From NCBI RefSeq assembly GCF_013122565.1, contig NZ_CP053258.1: a DNA stretch of 64,000 bases. One strand, written 5' to 3'. This document shows, in pieces, positions 32,495 through 43,181 of the stretch. The DNA comes from Escherichia coli. GTDB lineage: Bacteria > Pseudomonadota > Gammaproteobacteria > Enterobacterales > Enterobacteriaceae. Positions within the stretch are counted from its first letter, which is position 1. The number at the start of each line of letters is the position of its first letter. The notes under the pieces were generated by a model. That model worked only from the letters and a program-made list of their open reading frames with translations, was not told where the DNA came from and ran no database searches. A program made the position numbers and the translations under genes.

Positions 32495-34638
32495 TGGAAA
32501 TGGCATCAGCGTTTACTCTTAATGTTCGTCTGGACAACATTGCCGTTATCACCATTGATGTTCCTGGTGAGAAAATGAATACCCTGAAGGCGGAATTTGC
32601 CTCGCAGGTGCGCGCCATTATTAAGCAACTCCGTGAAAACAAAGAGTTGCGCGGCGTGGTGTTTGTCTCCGCTAAACCGGACAACTTTATCGCCGGAGCA
32701 GACATCAACATGATCGGCAACTGCAAAACGGCGCAAGAAGCGGAAGCTCTGGCGCGGCAGGGCCAACAGTTGATGGCGGAGATTCATGCTTTGCCCATTC
32801 CGGTTATTGCCGCTATTCATGGCGCTTGCCTGGGCGGTGGGCTGGAGCTGGCGCTGGCGTGCCACGGTCGCGTTTGTACTGACGATCCTAAAACGGTGCT
32901 CGGTTTGCCTGAAGTACAACTTGGATTGTTACCCGGTTCAGGCGGCACCCAGCGTTTACCGCGTCTGATAGGCGTCAGTACAGCATTAGAGATGATTCTC
33001 ACCGGAAAACAATTTCGGGCGAAACAGGCATTAAAGCTGGGGCTGGTGGATGACGTCGTTCCGCACTCCATTTTGCTGGAAGCCGCTGTTGAGCTGGTAA
33101 AGCAGGATCGTCCATCTTCCCGCCCTCTACCTGTACGCGAGCGTATTCTGGCGGGGCCGTTAGGTCGTGCGTTGCTGTTCAAAATGGTCGGCAAGAAAAC
33201 AGAACACAAAACTCAAGGTAACTATCCGGCGACAGAACGCATCCTGGAGGTTGTCGAAACGGGATTAGCGCAGGGCACCAGCAGTGGCTATGACGCTGAA
33301 GCACGAGCGTTTGGCGAACTGGCGATGACGCCGCAATCGCAGGCTCTGCGTAGTATCTTTTTTGCCAGTACGGACGTGAAGAAAGATCCCGGCAGTGATG
33401 CGCCGCCTGCGCCATTAAACAGCGTGGGGATTTTAGGTGGTGGCTTGATGGGCGGCGGTATTGCTTATGTCACTGCCTGTAAAGCGGGGCTTCCGGTCAG
33501 AATTAAAGATATCAACCCGCAGGGCATAAATCATGCGCTGAAGTACAGTTGGGATCAGCTGGAGGGCAAAGTTCGCCGTCGTCATCTCAAAGCCAGCGAA
33601 CGTGACAAACAGCTGGCATTAATCTCCGGAACGACGGACTATCGCGGCTTTGCCCATCGAGATCTGATTATTGAAGCGGTGTTTGAAAATCTCGCATTAA
33701 AACAACAAATGGTGGCGGAAGTTGAGCAAAATTGCGCCGCTCATACCATCTTTGCTTCGAATACGTCATCTCTACCGATTGGTGATATCGCCGCTCACGC
33801 CGCGCGACCTGAGCAAGTTATTGGCCTGCATTTCTTCAGTCCGGTGGAAAAAATGCCGCTGGTGGAGATTATTCCTCATGCGGGTACATCGGCGAAAACA
33901 ATTGCCACTACGGTAAAACTGGCGAAAAAACAGGGCAAAACGCCAATTGTCGTGCGTGACAAAGCCGGGTTTTACGTCAATCGCATCTTAGCGCCTTACA
34001 TTAATGAAGCTATCCGCATGCTGACCGAAGGTGAACGGGTAGAGCATATTGATGCCGCTCTAGTGAAATTTGGTTTTCCGGTAGGTCCAATCCAACTTTT
34101 GGATGAGGTAGGAATCGACACCGGGACTAAAATTATTCCTGTACTGGAAGCCGCTTATGGAGAACGTTTTAGCGCGCCTGCAAATGTTGTTTCTTCAATT
34201 TTGAACGACGATCGCAAAGGCAGAAAAAATGGTCGGGGTTTCTATCTTTATGGTCAGAAAGGGCGTAAAAGCAAAAAACAGGTCGATCCCGCCATTTACC
34301 CGCTCATTGGCGCACAAGGGCAGGGGCGACTCTCCGCACCGCAGGTTGTTGAACGGTGTGTGATGTTGATGCTGAATGAAGCAGTACGTTGTGTTGACGA
34401 GCAGGTTATCCGTAGCGTGCGTGACGGGGATATTGGTGCGGTATTTGGCATTGGTTTTCCGCCATTTCTCGGTGGACCGTTCCGCTATATCGATTCTCTC
34501 GGCGCGGGCGAAGTGGTTGCAATAATGCAACGACTGGCCACGCAGTATGGTTCCCGTTTTACCCCTTGTGAGCGTTTAGTCGAGATGGGCGCACGTGGGG
34601 AAAGTTTTTGGAAAACAACTGCAACTGACCTGCAATAA
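32494..34638 (+). CDS. fadJ: Multifunctional fatty-acid oxidation complex alpha subunit FadJ
   Basis: 714-aa ORF with enoyl-CoA hydratase and 3-hydroxyacyl-CoA dehydrogenase domains; start overlaps the fadI stop. Confidence 0.95.
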
Positions 34639-34840
34639 GAAGGTCAAAGCTATATGAATCCGCGCTGAATGGCGGAGTGATGGTCAAAATGTAAACGCAT
34701 ATTGACTATACTTACGCCATTGAGGTAAAAAACAGCGTTTCATTCGGTGAATGGATAAGGCACAATGCCGGCCACCGTTTTCTTTCTCTGGTTTCAGATG
34801 AAAGAAAACGGGCGAATCTGGTTAACAAAAGCGGTGCAAT

Positions 34841-35326
34841 ATGCAAGTTTTTATCATGCGTCACGGCGACGCAGCCCTCGATGCCGCCAGTGATTCGGTT
34901 CGTCCTCTGACTACTAACGGTTGTGACGAATCTCGCCTGATGGCGAACTGGCTGAAAGGTCAAAAAGTGGAAATCGAACGCGTTCTGGTGAGCCCGTTCC
35001 TGCGAGCCGAGCAAACACTGGAAGAAGTAGGGGATTGTCTGAACCTGCCTTCCAGTGCAGAAGTTCTGCCGGAGTTAACGCCCTGCGGCGATGTTGGTCT
35101 GGTCAGTGCCTATTTACAGGCGTTGACCAATGAAGGTGTTGCTTCGGTACTGGTGATCTCCCACTTACCGTTAGTCGGGTATCTGGTTGCCGAGTTATGT
35201 CCGGGCGAAACGCCGCCTATGTTTACCACCTCAGCCATTGCCAGCGTAACGCTTGATGAAAGCGGAAACGGCACATTCAACTGGCAGATGAGCCCGTGTA
35301 ATCTGAAGATGGCAAAAGCTATCTGA
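34841..35326 (+). CDS. sixA: Phosphohistidine phosphatase SixA
   Basis: 161-aa ORF MQVFIMRHGDA... carrying the RHG phosphatase motif. Confidence 0.93.
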   Translation: MQVFIMRHGDAALDAASDSVRPLTTNGCDESRLMANWLKGQKVEIERVLVSPFLRAEQTLEEVGDCLNLPSSAEVLPELTPCGDVGLVSAYLQALTNEGVASVLVISHLPLVGYLVAELCPGETPPMFTTSAIASVTLDESGNGTFNWQMSPCNLKMAKAI

Positions 35327-35977
35327 AGCTATAGAAATATGCCCGGTGAGATCACGTCATCGGGCATCTCCTTTCGTTCCTCTTGGCTGTATTCACACAT
35401 TTTCCCATTGATTAGGCGATTATTTTTGTGGAGCTATATTTCATATTTATATGAATGGCAGGTTTTTCCGGGAATGACATATCGTGTGGCGGAGGGTTAT
35501 TTAAGGAATGCAATGACATTTATTAGAGGAGCCTGTAACAATAGGCACACGTAAATAAAATTAAAAAGGAGTTGTGTCTTGATTTATATTATATATTGTT
35601 TTTCATTAATTATCCGCAGAAAAAAACAGAAATCGCATTTTTTTGTTGTTGCTTTCTTATTACCCACTTTGTAATGTGGCCCATATGAATTTAACCGTTA
35701 TGCAATAATTACGTTCTGTATTCATAGGGAATTCCTCAAAAAACATTATCCATAGTGATATTTTAAGTTTTACTTAAAATCATTGTTAGTAAAACTAATT
35801 TGAATTCACCGTTCAAAACTCCCACTATCGCCGCACACCAAAGAATATCATCTTATGCAATCTTTTGCGGGAAGCAATGACGCATATTCGATGGTCATCT
35901 CTAAGCCGCTCACTTCAATATTAATCTGAGGTTTTCCGGCGCTTATAATTTAATTATTTATGGTTTAAGGACAAATA

Positions 35978-36544
35978 ATGAGTAAGTTTGTTAAAACTGC
36001 TATTGCAGCGGTGATGGTAATGGGTGCGTTCGCGTCAACTTCTTCCATCGCTGCCGGTAACAACGGTACCGCGCGTTTCTACGGCACCATCGAAGATTCC
36101 CCGTGCTCCATCGTGCCTGACGACCACAAACTGGAAGTTGATATGGGCGATATCGGTTCTGAAACACTGAAAGGCAGTAAATCAACCACCCCGAAAGAGT
36201 TCCAGATCCGCCTGCAGGACTGCGTGTTTGATACTCAGGCCAAGGCTTCGACTGTCTTCACCGGCACCATCTATACTGCGGTCGCCAACAGCAACAACTA
36301 CACCATTTTCAGCACCGAAACCGGTATGCCATTTGAGCATGTCAGCCTGGCGATTGGTGATGAACATGGCGCGGCATACAAAAGCGGTATGCCTATCGAA
36401 CAGGCGCTTACTATAGATTCCAGCACCACGAAAGGTAAACCTAACCAGACGCTGAACTTTAAAGCATGGCTGGTGGGTGAAAGTGAAATGCCGACCCTGG
36501 GGGCATTTGAAGCTAACACCACGTTCCAGATCACTTATCTCTGA
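35978..36544 (+). CDS. yfcV: Fimbrial major subunit YfcV
   Basis: 188-aa ORF with signal peptide and C-terminal fimbrial beta-strand (...TFQITYL). Confidence 0.88.
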   Translation: MSKFVKTAIAAVMVMGAFASTSSIAAGNNGTARFYGTIEDSPCSIVPDDHKLEVDMGDIGSETLKGSKSTTPKEFQIRLQDCVFDTQAKASTVFTGTIYTAVANSNNYTIFSTETGMPFEHVSLAIGDEHGAAYKSGMPIEQALTIDSSTTKGKPNQTLNFKAWLVGESEMPTLGAFEANTTFQITYL

Positions 36545-36550
36545 TGTTTC

Positions 36551-36582
36551 ACCCCATGGCGGCAACGTCATGGGGTTTTTTA
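36551..36582 (+). terminator. Intra-operon hairpin between the major subunit and usher genes
   Basis: accccatg...catggggt stem followed by a T-run; typical attenuator position in chaperone-usher operons. Confidence 0.5.
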
Positions 36583-36613
36583 ATTGATTCTGACGAAATT
36601 ATAATAATCACGG

Positions 36614-39277
36614 ATGGATACGTGTATGCCAGACCATTCTCTTTTCCGTTTACGGGTGCTTCCCTGGTATATTGCGCTGGCAATATCCGGAAGCTATGCC
36701 AGTGCCTGGGCTGATGATGATATTCAGTTTGATTCCCGTTTTCTGGAATTAAAAGGCGACGCAAAAGTCGATCTGAAACGTTTTTCCAGTCAGGGCTATG
36801 TCGAGCCGGGTAAATATAATTTACAGGTTCAGGTAAATAAGCAGCCGCTCCCGGATGAGTACGATATTTTCTGGTATGCCTCTGAAAAAGATGCCGGTAA
36901 AAGTTATGCCTGCCTGACGCCCACGCTGCTCGCCCAGTTTGGTCTGAAAGAGGAGATTGTAAAAAATCTGCAATGGTCCCGCAACGGCGAATGCCTCGCG
37001 CCAGGTCAGCTGGAAGGGACAGAGATTAAGGCTGATTTAAGCCAGTCCGCGTTATTAATCTCCCTGCCACAGGCCTATCTGGAATACAGCGATATGGACT
37101 GGGACCCGCCTTCCCGCTGGGACGATGGTATTCCCGGCCTGATTGCTGACTACAGCATTAACGCCCAGACCCGCCACGATGAGCAGAGCGGCGATGACAG
37201 TAACGACATCAGCGGTAACGGCACGGTAGGGGTAAACCTCGGCCCGTGGCGTCTGCGCGCCGACTGGCAGACGGACTACCAGCATACCCGCAGCGACGAT
37301 GACGATGAATACAGCGACAGTGACGGCAACAGCACACAAAGAAACTGGGAGTGGAGCCGCTACTACGCCTGGCGCGCCCTGCCGTCATTAAAAGCCAAAC
37401 TTGCGCTCGGCGAAGATTACCTCAACTCCGATATTTTCGACGGCTTTAACTATGTCGGCGGCAGCGTCAGCACTGAAGACCAGATGTTACCGCCAAATAT
37501 GCGCGGCTACGCCCCCGATATTTCCGGGGTGGCGCACACCACGGCGAAAGTGACCGTCAGCCAGATGGGCCGCGTCATTTACGAAACCCAGGTTCCGGCG
37601 GGGCCGTTCCGCATTCAGGATTTGGGCGATTCCATCTCCGGTACGCTGCATGTGCGTATTGAAGAGCAGAACGGTCAGGTGCAGGAATATGATATCAGCA
37701 CCGCGTCGATGCCGTTCCTGACCCGTCAGGGCCAGGTGCGCTATAAAGTGATGATGGGCCGCCCGCAGGAGTGGGGGCACGATATTGCCGGCGGATTTTT
37801 CTCCGGCGGTGAAGCCTCCTGGGGGATTGCCAACGGCTGGTCGCTCTACGGCGGCGCGCTGGCGGATGAAAACTATCAGTCGGCGGCCATTGGCGTCGGG
37901 CGTGACCTGTCAATTCTTGGTGCGATGGCCTTTGACGTCACGCACTCACATGTCCGCCTGGATGACAACACTGCCTACGACAATCGTACCCTGGACGGTA
38001 ACTCGTTCCGCGTGAGCTATGCCAAAGACTTTGACGAACTCGACAGCCGCGTTACCTTCGCCGGATACCGCTTCTCTGAAAAAAACTTCATGACCATGAG
38101 CGAATATCTGGATGCGAAAGATGCGGACATGGTGCGCTCCGGCAACGATAAAGAGATGTACACGGTTACCTACAACCAGAACTTCCGGGATGCCGCGGTT
38201 TCTGTCTATCTCAACTACACCCACCGCACCTACTGGGACCGGCCGGAACAGACCAACTACAACGTGATGATGTCCCACTATTTCAATATGGGCAGCATCC
38301 GCAACATGAGCGTGTCCCTGACCGGTTACCGCTACGAATACGACAAAAGCACCGACAAAGGGATGTATATCTCGCTGAGTATGCCGTGGGGCGACAGCAG
38401 TACCGTCAGCTATAACGGCAACTACGGCAGCGGCTCAGACTCCAGCCAGGTCGGTTATTTCAGCCGTATCGACGATGCCTCGCATTACCAGATTAACGTC
38501 GGCACCAGCGAAAACCACGGCAGCGTGGATGGCTACTACAGCCATGACGGCTCGCTGGCGCAGGTGGATTTAAGTGCCAACTACCATGAAGGCGAGTATC
38601 AGTCTGCCGGGATTTCACTGCAGGGCGGCGCGACGCTGACCGCGCACGGCGGGGCGCTGCACCGCACGCAATCGCCCGGCGGGACACGTCTGCTGATTGA
38701 CGCTGACGGCGTGTCCGGCGTGCCGGTGGAAGGTAACGGTTCGCCGGTTTACACCAACATGTTTGGTAAAGCGGTCGTGGCGGATGTCAACAACTACTAC
38801 CGTAACCAGGCCTATATCGACCTGACTAAACTGCCGGAAAACGCCGAAGCCACCCAGTCGGTGGTGCAGGCCACGCTGACCGAGGGCGCGATTGGCTACC
38901 GCCAGTTTGCAGTGATCAGCGGGCAGAAAGCGATGGCGGTACTGCGCCTGAGCGACGGCAGCCATCCGCCGTTTGGTGCGGAAGTGAAAAACAGCGACGA
39001 GCAGCAGGTGGGGCTGGTTGACGATGACGGCAACGTCTATCTGGCCGGGGTGAAACCGGGCGAGCGGATGACGGTGTCGTGGAACGGTGAGACACACTGT
39101 GACATCGCGCTGCCGGACCCGTTACCGGCCGATCTGTTCAACGGCCTGTTGCTGCCCTGCCAGAACCGGGGTGCCGTCGCGCCTGCCACCTCGCCGGACG
39201 TCAAACCGGTGATTCAGGAGCAGACGCAGCAGGTGACACCAACGGAACCCCCGACTTCAATTTCAGTAAACCAGTAA
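36614..39277 (+). CDS. yfcU: Fimbrial usher protein, apparently intact
   Basis: 887-aa uninterrupted ORF with usher-family features. Confidence 0.88.
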   Translation: MDTCMPDHSLFRLRVLPWYIALAISGSYASAWADDDIQFDSRFLELKGDAKVDLKRFSSQGYVEPGKYNLQVQVNKQPLPDEYDIFWYASEKDAGKSYACLTPTLLAQFGLKEEIVKNLQWSRNGECLAPGQLEGTEIKADLSQSALLISLPQAYLEYSDMDWDPPSRWDDGIPGLIADYSINAQTRHDEQSGDDSNDISGNGTVGVNLGPWRLRADWQTDYQHTRSDDDDEYSDSDGNSTQRNWEWSRYYAWRALPSLKAKLALGEDYLNSDIFDGFNYVGGSVSTEDQMLPPNMRGYAPDISGVAHTTAKVTVSQMGRVIYETQVPAGPFRIQDLGDSISGTLHVRIEEQNGQVQEYDISTASMPFLTRQGQVRYKVMMGRPQEWGHDIAGGFFSGGEASWGIANGWSLYGGALADENYQSAAIGVGRDLSILGAMAFDVTHSHVRLDDNTAYDNRTLDGNSFRVSYAKDFDELDSRVTFAGYRFSEKNFMTMSEYLDAKDADMVRSGNDKEMYTVTYNQNFRDAAVSVYLNYTHRTYWDRPEQTNYNVMMSHYFNMGSIRNMSVSLTGYRYEYDKSTDKGMYISLSMPWGDSSTVSYNGNYGSGSDSSQVGYFSRIDDASHYQINVGTSENHGSVDGYYSHDGSLAQVDLSANYHEGEYQSAGISLQGGATLTAHGGALHRTQSPGGTRLLIDADGVSGVPVEGNGSPVYTNMFGKAVVADVNNYYRNQAYIDLTKLPENAEATQSVVQATLTEGAIGYRQFAVISGQKAMAVLRLSDGSHPPFGAEVKNSDEQQVGLVDDDGNVYLAGVKPGERMTVSWNGETHCDIALPDPLPADLFNGLLLPCQNRGAVAPATSPDVKPVIQEQTQQVTPTEPPTSISVNQ

Positions 39278-39296
39278 CGTGATTAAGGAATGATCC

Positions 39297-40040
39297 ATGT
39301 TTAATCTGACTAACACTGCAAAAACCGTTATCCCTGCGCTGGCGCTGCTGGCCAGTTTCTCCAGCCACGCCTCGGTGACACCCGACAGGACGCGGCTGGT
39401 GTTTAACGAAAGCGACAAATCCATCAGCGTCACGCTGCGCAATAATGACCCCAAACTGCCCTATCTGGCGCAGAGCTGGATAGAGGATGCAAAGGGCAAC
39501 AAAATCAGCTCGCCGCTGGCGGTGCTGCCGCCGGTACAGCGCATCGATGCGATGATGAACGGCCAGGTGAAGGTGCAGGGGCTGCCGGATATCAACAAAC
39601 TGCCAGCCGACCGCGAGAGCGTGTTCTACTTTAACGTGCGCGAGATCCCGCCGAAATCAAACAAACCGAACACGCTGCAGATTGCGCTGCAGACGCGCAT
39701 CAAGCTGTTCTGGCGACCGAAGGCGCTGGAAAACGTCAGCATGAAAAACCCGTGGCAGCACAAGGTGACGCTCACCCGCAACGGCCAGGATTTTACCGTC
39801 AATAACCCGACGCCGTACTACGTGATCATCAGCAACGCCAGCGCGAAAAAAGGCGGCAACCCGCCGGCGGGATTCACACCGCTGATGCTGGAGCCGAAAA
39901 CCTCCGCCCCGCTGAATGCGAAGATGGACAGCGTGCCGGTGCTGACCTATATCAACGACTACGGCGCGCGGATGCCGCTGTACTTCAAATGCACCGCCAA
40001 CAACTGCCAGGTGGATGAAGAGCAGAGCCGCAAAGGCTGA
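39297..40040 (+). CDS. yfcS: Periplasmic fimbrial chaperone YfcS
   Basis: 247-aa ORF with signal peptide and PapD-like chaperone features. Confidence 0.88.
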   Translation: MFNLTNTAKTVIPALALLASFSSHASVTPDRTRLVFNESDKSISVTLRNNDPKLPYLAQSWIEDAKGNKISSPLAVLPPVQRIDAMMNGQVKVQGLPDINKLPADRESVFYFNVREIPPKSNKPNTLQIALQTRIKLFWRPKALENVSMKNPWQHKVTLTRNGQDFTVNNPTPYYVIISNASAKKGGNPPAGFTPLMLEPKTSAPLNAKMDSVPVLTYINDYGARMPLYFKCTANNCQVDEEQSRKG

Positions 40041-40055
40041 TGCCGGGAGGGACTT

Positions 40056-40553
40056 ATGAGTCACAAGTTTTTAGCGGGGGCGGGGTTGCTGGTATTCAGT
40101 CTCTGTAGTTTCCCGGTTATGGCTGGCAGTAAAACCGTAGAGTTAACTCTGCGCGTGTTAGTGGATGCGCCACCACCGTGCTCCGTGAAGGGCAGTGCGG
40201 TGGAATTTGGCAATGTGACGATCAACAAGATCGATGGCACGAATTACCGACAGGATGCGAAATACACCCTGAGCTGCGGCAATAAAGCCAGCGACGATTT
40301 ACAGATGCAGCTCAAAGGGAATACCGCCGTTATCAACGGAGAAACGGTCCTCAGTACGGATATTGCCGGCCTGGGTGTGCGGATAGAAAACGCTGCCGAT
40401 AATTCCCTGTTTGCGGTAGGTGAAAATACCTGGACGCCTTTTAACTATAACACTCAGCCACAGCTGAAAGCGGTGCTGGTAAAACAGAGCGGAGTGCAGT
40501 TAACGCCGTCGGAATTTAACGCCACTCTGACCATGGTGGTGGATTACCAATGA
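40056..40553 (+). CDS. yfcR: Fimbrial-like protein YfcR
   Basis: 165-aa ORF with signal peptide and C-terminal ...VVDYQ motif. Confidence 0.82.
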   Translation: MSHKFLAGAGLLVFSLCSFPVMAGSKTVELTLRVLVDAPPPCSVKGSAVEFGNVTINKIDGTNYRQDAKYTLSCGNKASDDLQMQLKGNTAVINGETVLSTDIAGLGVRIENAADNSLFAVGENTWTPFNYNTQPQLKAVLVKQSGVQLTPSEFNATLTMVVDYQ

Positions 40554-41038
40554 AAAGACTCACGCTGATTTTACTGTGCACCTGCTGGGGCACAGCCCAG
40601 GCCGCCGACGAGGACATCACATTTCATGGCACCCTGGCATCGCCGCCCGCCTGTAGCATCAGCGGCGGGAAAACCATTGAAGTGGAGTTTCGCGATCTCA
40701 TTATCGACAGCATTAACGGGAATTATGGCCGGCAGGAAGTTGTATATGAGCTTAGCTGCGAATCCGATGCCCGCGATCCTGGCTGGCAAATGTCCCTGAC
40801 GTGGACCGGCACGCCCACCAGCTACAACGATGCCGCCATCGAGACGGATGTGCCGGGCTTCGGGATTGAGCTTCAGCATGACGGACAGCGTTTTCTGCTC
40901 AACACGCCGCTAAACATTGACGCCACGGATTTCAGCAAGAAGCCGAAGCTGGAGGCCGTACCGGTAAAAGCGGCTGATGCGGTGCTGAGTGACACGACTT
41001 TTTCTGCTTACGCAACTTTACGGGTGGATTACCAATGA
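40550..41038 (+). CDS. yfcQ: Fimbrial-like protein YfcQ
   Basis: 162-aa ORF with signal peptide and C-terminal ...RVDYQ; overlaps neighbours by 4 nt. Confidence 0.82.
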   Translation: MKRLTLILLCTCWGTAQAADEDITFHGTLASPPACSISGGKTIEVEFRDLIIDSINGNYGRQEVVYELSCESDARDPGWQMSLTWTGTPTSYNDAAIETDVPGFGIELQHDGQRFLLNTPLNIDATDFSKKPKLEAVPVKAADAVLSDTTFSAYATLRVDYQ

Positions 41039-41574
41039 AAATAGCACGCACTTATACGCCGGCTTACGCGCTGTTCGCGGGCCTGCTGCTGACCGCCAGC
41101 ACAGACACTTTCGCCATGGACAACAACCTGCATTTTTACGGCAACCTGCTGAGTAAATCCTGCACGCTGGTGGTGGACGGTACCAACCTGGCAGAAATTC
41201 ATTTCCCCACCGTCAGCAACCGGGATTTGATGGTCGCCGGGCAGTCCGCGCATCTGCCGGTTGTGTTTAAGCTGAAAGACTGCAAAGGGCCTGCGGGATA
41301 CAACGTCAAAGTCACGCTGAGCGGCACTGAAGACAGCGGTCAGCCGGGATTTCTGGCAATCGATGACACCTCCACCGCGCAGGGGGTGGGGATAGGGATG
41401 GAAACGCTTGACGGCAAGCGGGTGGATATTAACAACACCACCGGTGCGACCTTCGCGCTTATCAACGGTAACAATGACATTAATTTCAGGGCCTGGATCC
41501 AGGCGAAAAGCAGTCGGGATGTGACGATCGGTGAATTTACCGCCTCTTTAACTGCGACATTTGAGTACATTTAA
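41035..41574 (+). CDS. yfcP: Fimbrial-like protein YfcP
   Basis: 179-aa ORF with signal peptide and C-terminal ...TFEYI. Confidence 0.82.
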   Translation: MKIARTYTPAYALFAGLLLTASTDTFAMDNNLHFYGNLLSKSCTLVVDGTNLAEIHFPTVSNRDLMVAGQSAHLPVVFKLKDCKGPAGYNVKVTLSGTEDSGQPGFLAIDDTSTAQGVGIGMETLDGKRVDINNTTGATFALINGNNDINFRAWIQAKSSRDVTIGEFTASLTATFEYI

Positions 41575-42394
41575 AATGAAAATACTACGATGGTTGTTCG
41601 CTCTGGTCATGCTTATGTCTGCGACAGAAGCTCTGGCTGCCGGGCATAGCATCAAGCTTTACTACGGAATTAGCCATGATCTGCAGGCTATCACGGCTTT
41701 TAGCCTGAAAATCATGATGCCATCAGGGGTCTACGATGGAGAATATAAGAGTAGTAACTTTGCACACATAGGGGATTATCTGCAAAATATAAGCTGGAAT
41801 GGTCCGCCTCCTGCACCTTCAGTAAAGATGATAGACTACAAGCAAAAGCTCGATGAATCATTATGCCCGGGGCTACCTTCTGGGTGGCTCTGTGGGTCTC
41901 TTGAATTTGAAATTATTGTTTCTGCTGATATTGAATCTTTCTTTTCTTGCCCTTGGTTGGTTGTTATGAGTGATACCGTGACCTCTAGAGGTGTGGCTTA
42001 TAAGGGGCCGGACGGTTATGCCACACTTTGTCAAACTGTTTCTGTTCAACCTTATGATGTTTCATGGAATGAGAATTATGTCAGTAAGTCTAAACTGCTC
42101 ACTCTGCAATCGACGGGCGGTGTGGTTGAGAAAACGCTTTCAACGTATTTAATGAAAGATGGCAAATTGTGCGACAGTTCGCAGATGAATGAAGCCGGTG
42201 GTTACTGCCGCTGGGTTGCGCAGATGATAACTTTTACTGCAACGGGATGTGATAAGGCGGAAGTCACTGTCACGCCAAATCGACATCCTATAACGGACAA
42301 ACAATTACACGATATGGTCGTGCATGTTGATACCAGTAGTATGCAGCCAATCGATTCTACTTGCCGGTTCCAGTACATACTGAATGAGTTGTAG
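41561..42394 (+). CDS. yfcO: Fimbrial tip adhesin-like protein YfcO
   Basis: 277-aa ORF with signal peptide; last gene of the yfc operon. Confidence 0.8.
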   Translation: MSTFKMKILRWLFALVMLMSATEALAAGHSIKLYYGISHDLQAITAFSLKIMMPSGVYDGEYKSSNFAHIGDYLQNISWNGPPPAPSVKMIDYKQKLDESLCPGLPSGWLCGSLEFEIIVSADIESFFSCPWLVVMSDTVTSRGVAYKGPDGYATLCQTVSVQPYDVSWNENYVSKSKLLTLQSTGGVVEKTLSTYLMKDGKLCDSSQMNEAGGYCRWVAQMITFTATGCDKAEVTVTPNRHPITDKQLHDMVVHVDTSSMQPIDSTCRFQYILNEL

Positions 42395-42410
42395 CCGTTA
42401 GAAACACTCA

Positions 42411-42432
42411 GGCAGGGGCATTCGCCCCTGCC
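42411..42432. terminator. Bidirectional terminator-like hairpin between convergent yfcO and smrB
   Basis: ggcaggggc-attc-gcccctgcc perfect 9-bp stem. Confidence 0.45.
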
Positions 42433-42464
42433 ATTACCCGCTCATGGCGCAACACTCTCCCCCC

Positions 42465-43016
42465 TCAGGGCAACTCCGGTGGCAGCCACTCTTCCACTTC
42501 AATCAACACCAACAACGCCGCATCACCGCCATACTCTTTTGGTGCCTGGTGAAACGCCATCACATGCGGATGTTGTGCCAGCCACAGCGGTGTTTGTTGC
42601 TTCAAAATATGCTTCCCGTGACCATGCATCACGCAGGCGCAAAACACATGTTCGCGGCGACAGGCGGCAATCAACGCGCCCAGTTCCTGCTTGGCCTGCA
42701 GCTGCGTCAGACCGTGTAAATCCAAAAACAATTCCGGCGAATAATCGCCACGGCGCAACTTCTTCGCCTCAAAATGACTCACATCCGGGCGAACATATTT
42801 CACCGGACCTTCGGTATTTAATAACGGCTGAAACTCATCGGAGAAATAATGGCTGGCATCAGCCTGCTCCTGAATCAAGCGTTTCACCGGTACTTCGCTG
42901 ATTTTCTTACGCTGTGGTCGGTGGACAATCGTGTCCTGCTTAATCTTGCGAGTCCCCGCCATCAACTGGCGAAACAGCGCCTGGTCCTCCTCGCTTAGTG
43001 TTGTTTTCTTTTTCAT
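42465..43016 (-). CDS. smrB: Ribosome rescue endonuclease SmrB (Smr domain protein)
   Basis: 183-aa ORF with an Smr domain (LDLHGLT...HGHG). Confidence 0.9.
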
Positions 43017-43181
43017 TTATGTATCTCTATTTCTAATTTTCCTACAGTTTACCCGACTCGTAGCACAATCGATCGTTTTAAACGTATTTTTCCTCACTCA
43101 CCGCGCGTGAATGCTGATTTATCGTCATCTTCATGGCAAACTAGCCGCCGAAATTATTGCGATCATGCCCTGGAGGAATAC

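Noticed and set aside
35339-35554. 71-aa plus-strand ORF upstream of yfcV
   Set aside because: Lies in the AT-rich regulatory region; no RBS; overlaps a hairpin after sixA.
38615-39097. 160-aa minus-strand ORF
   Set aside because: Antisense within the fimbrial usher gene; shadow ORF.
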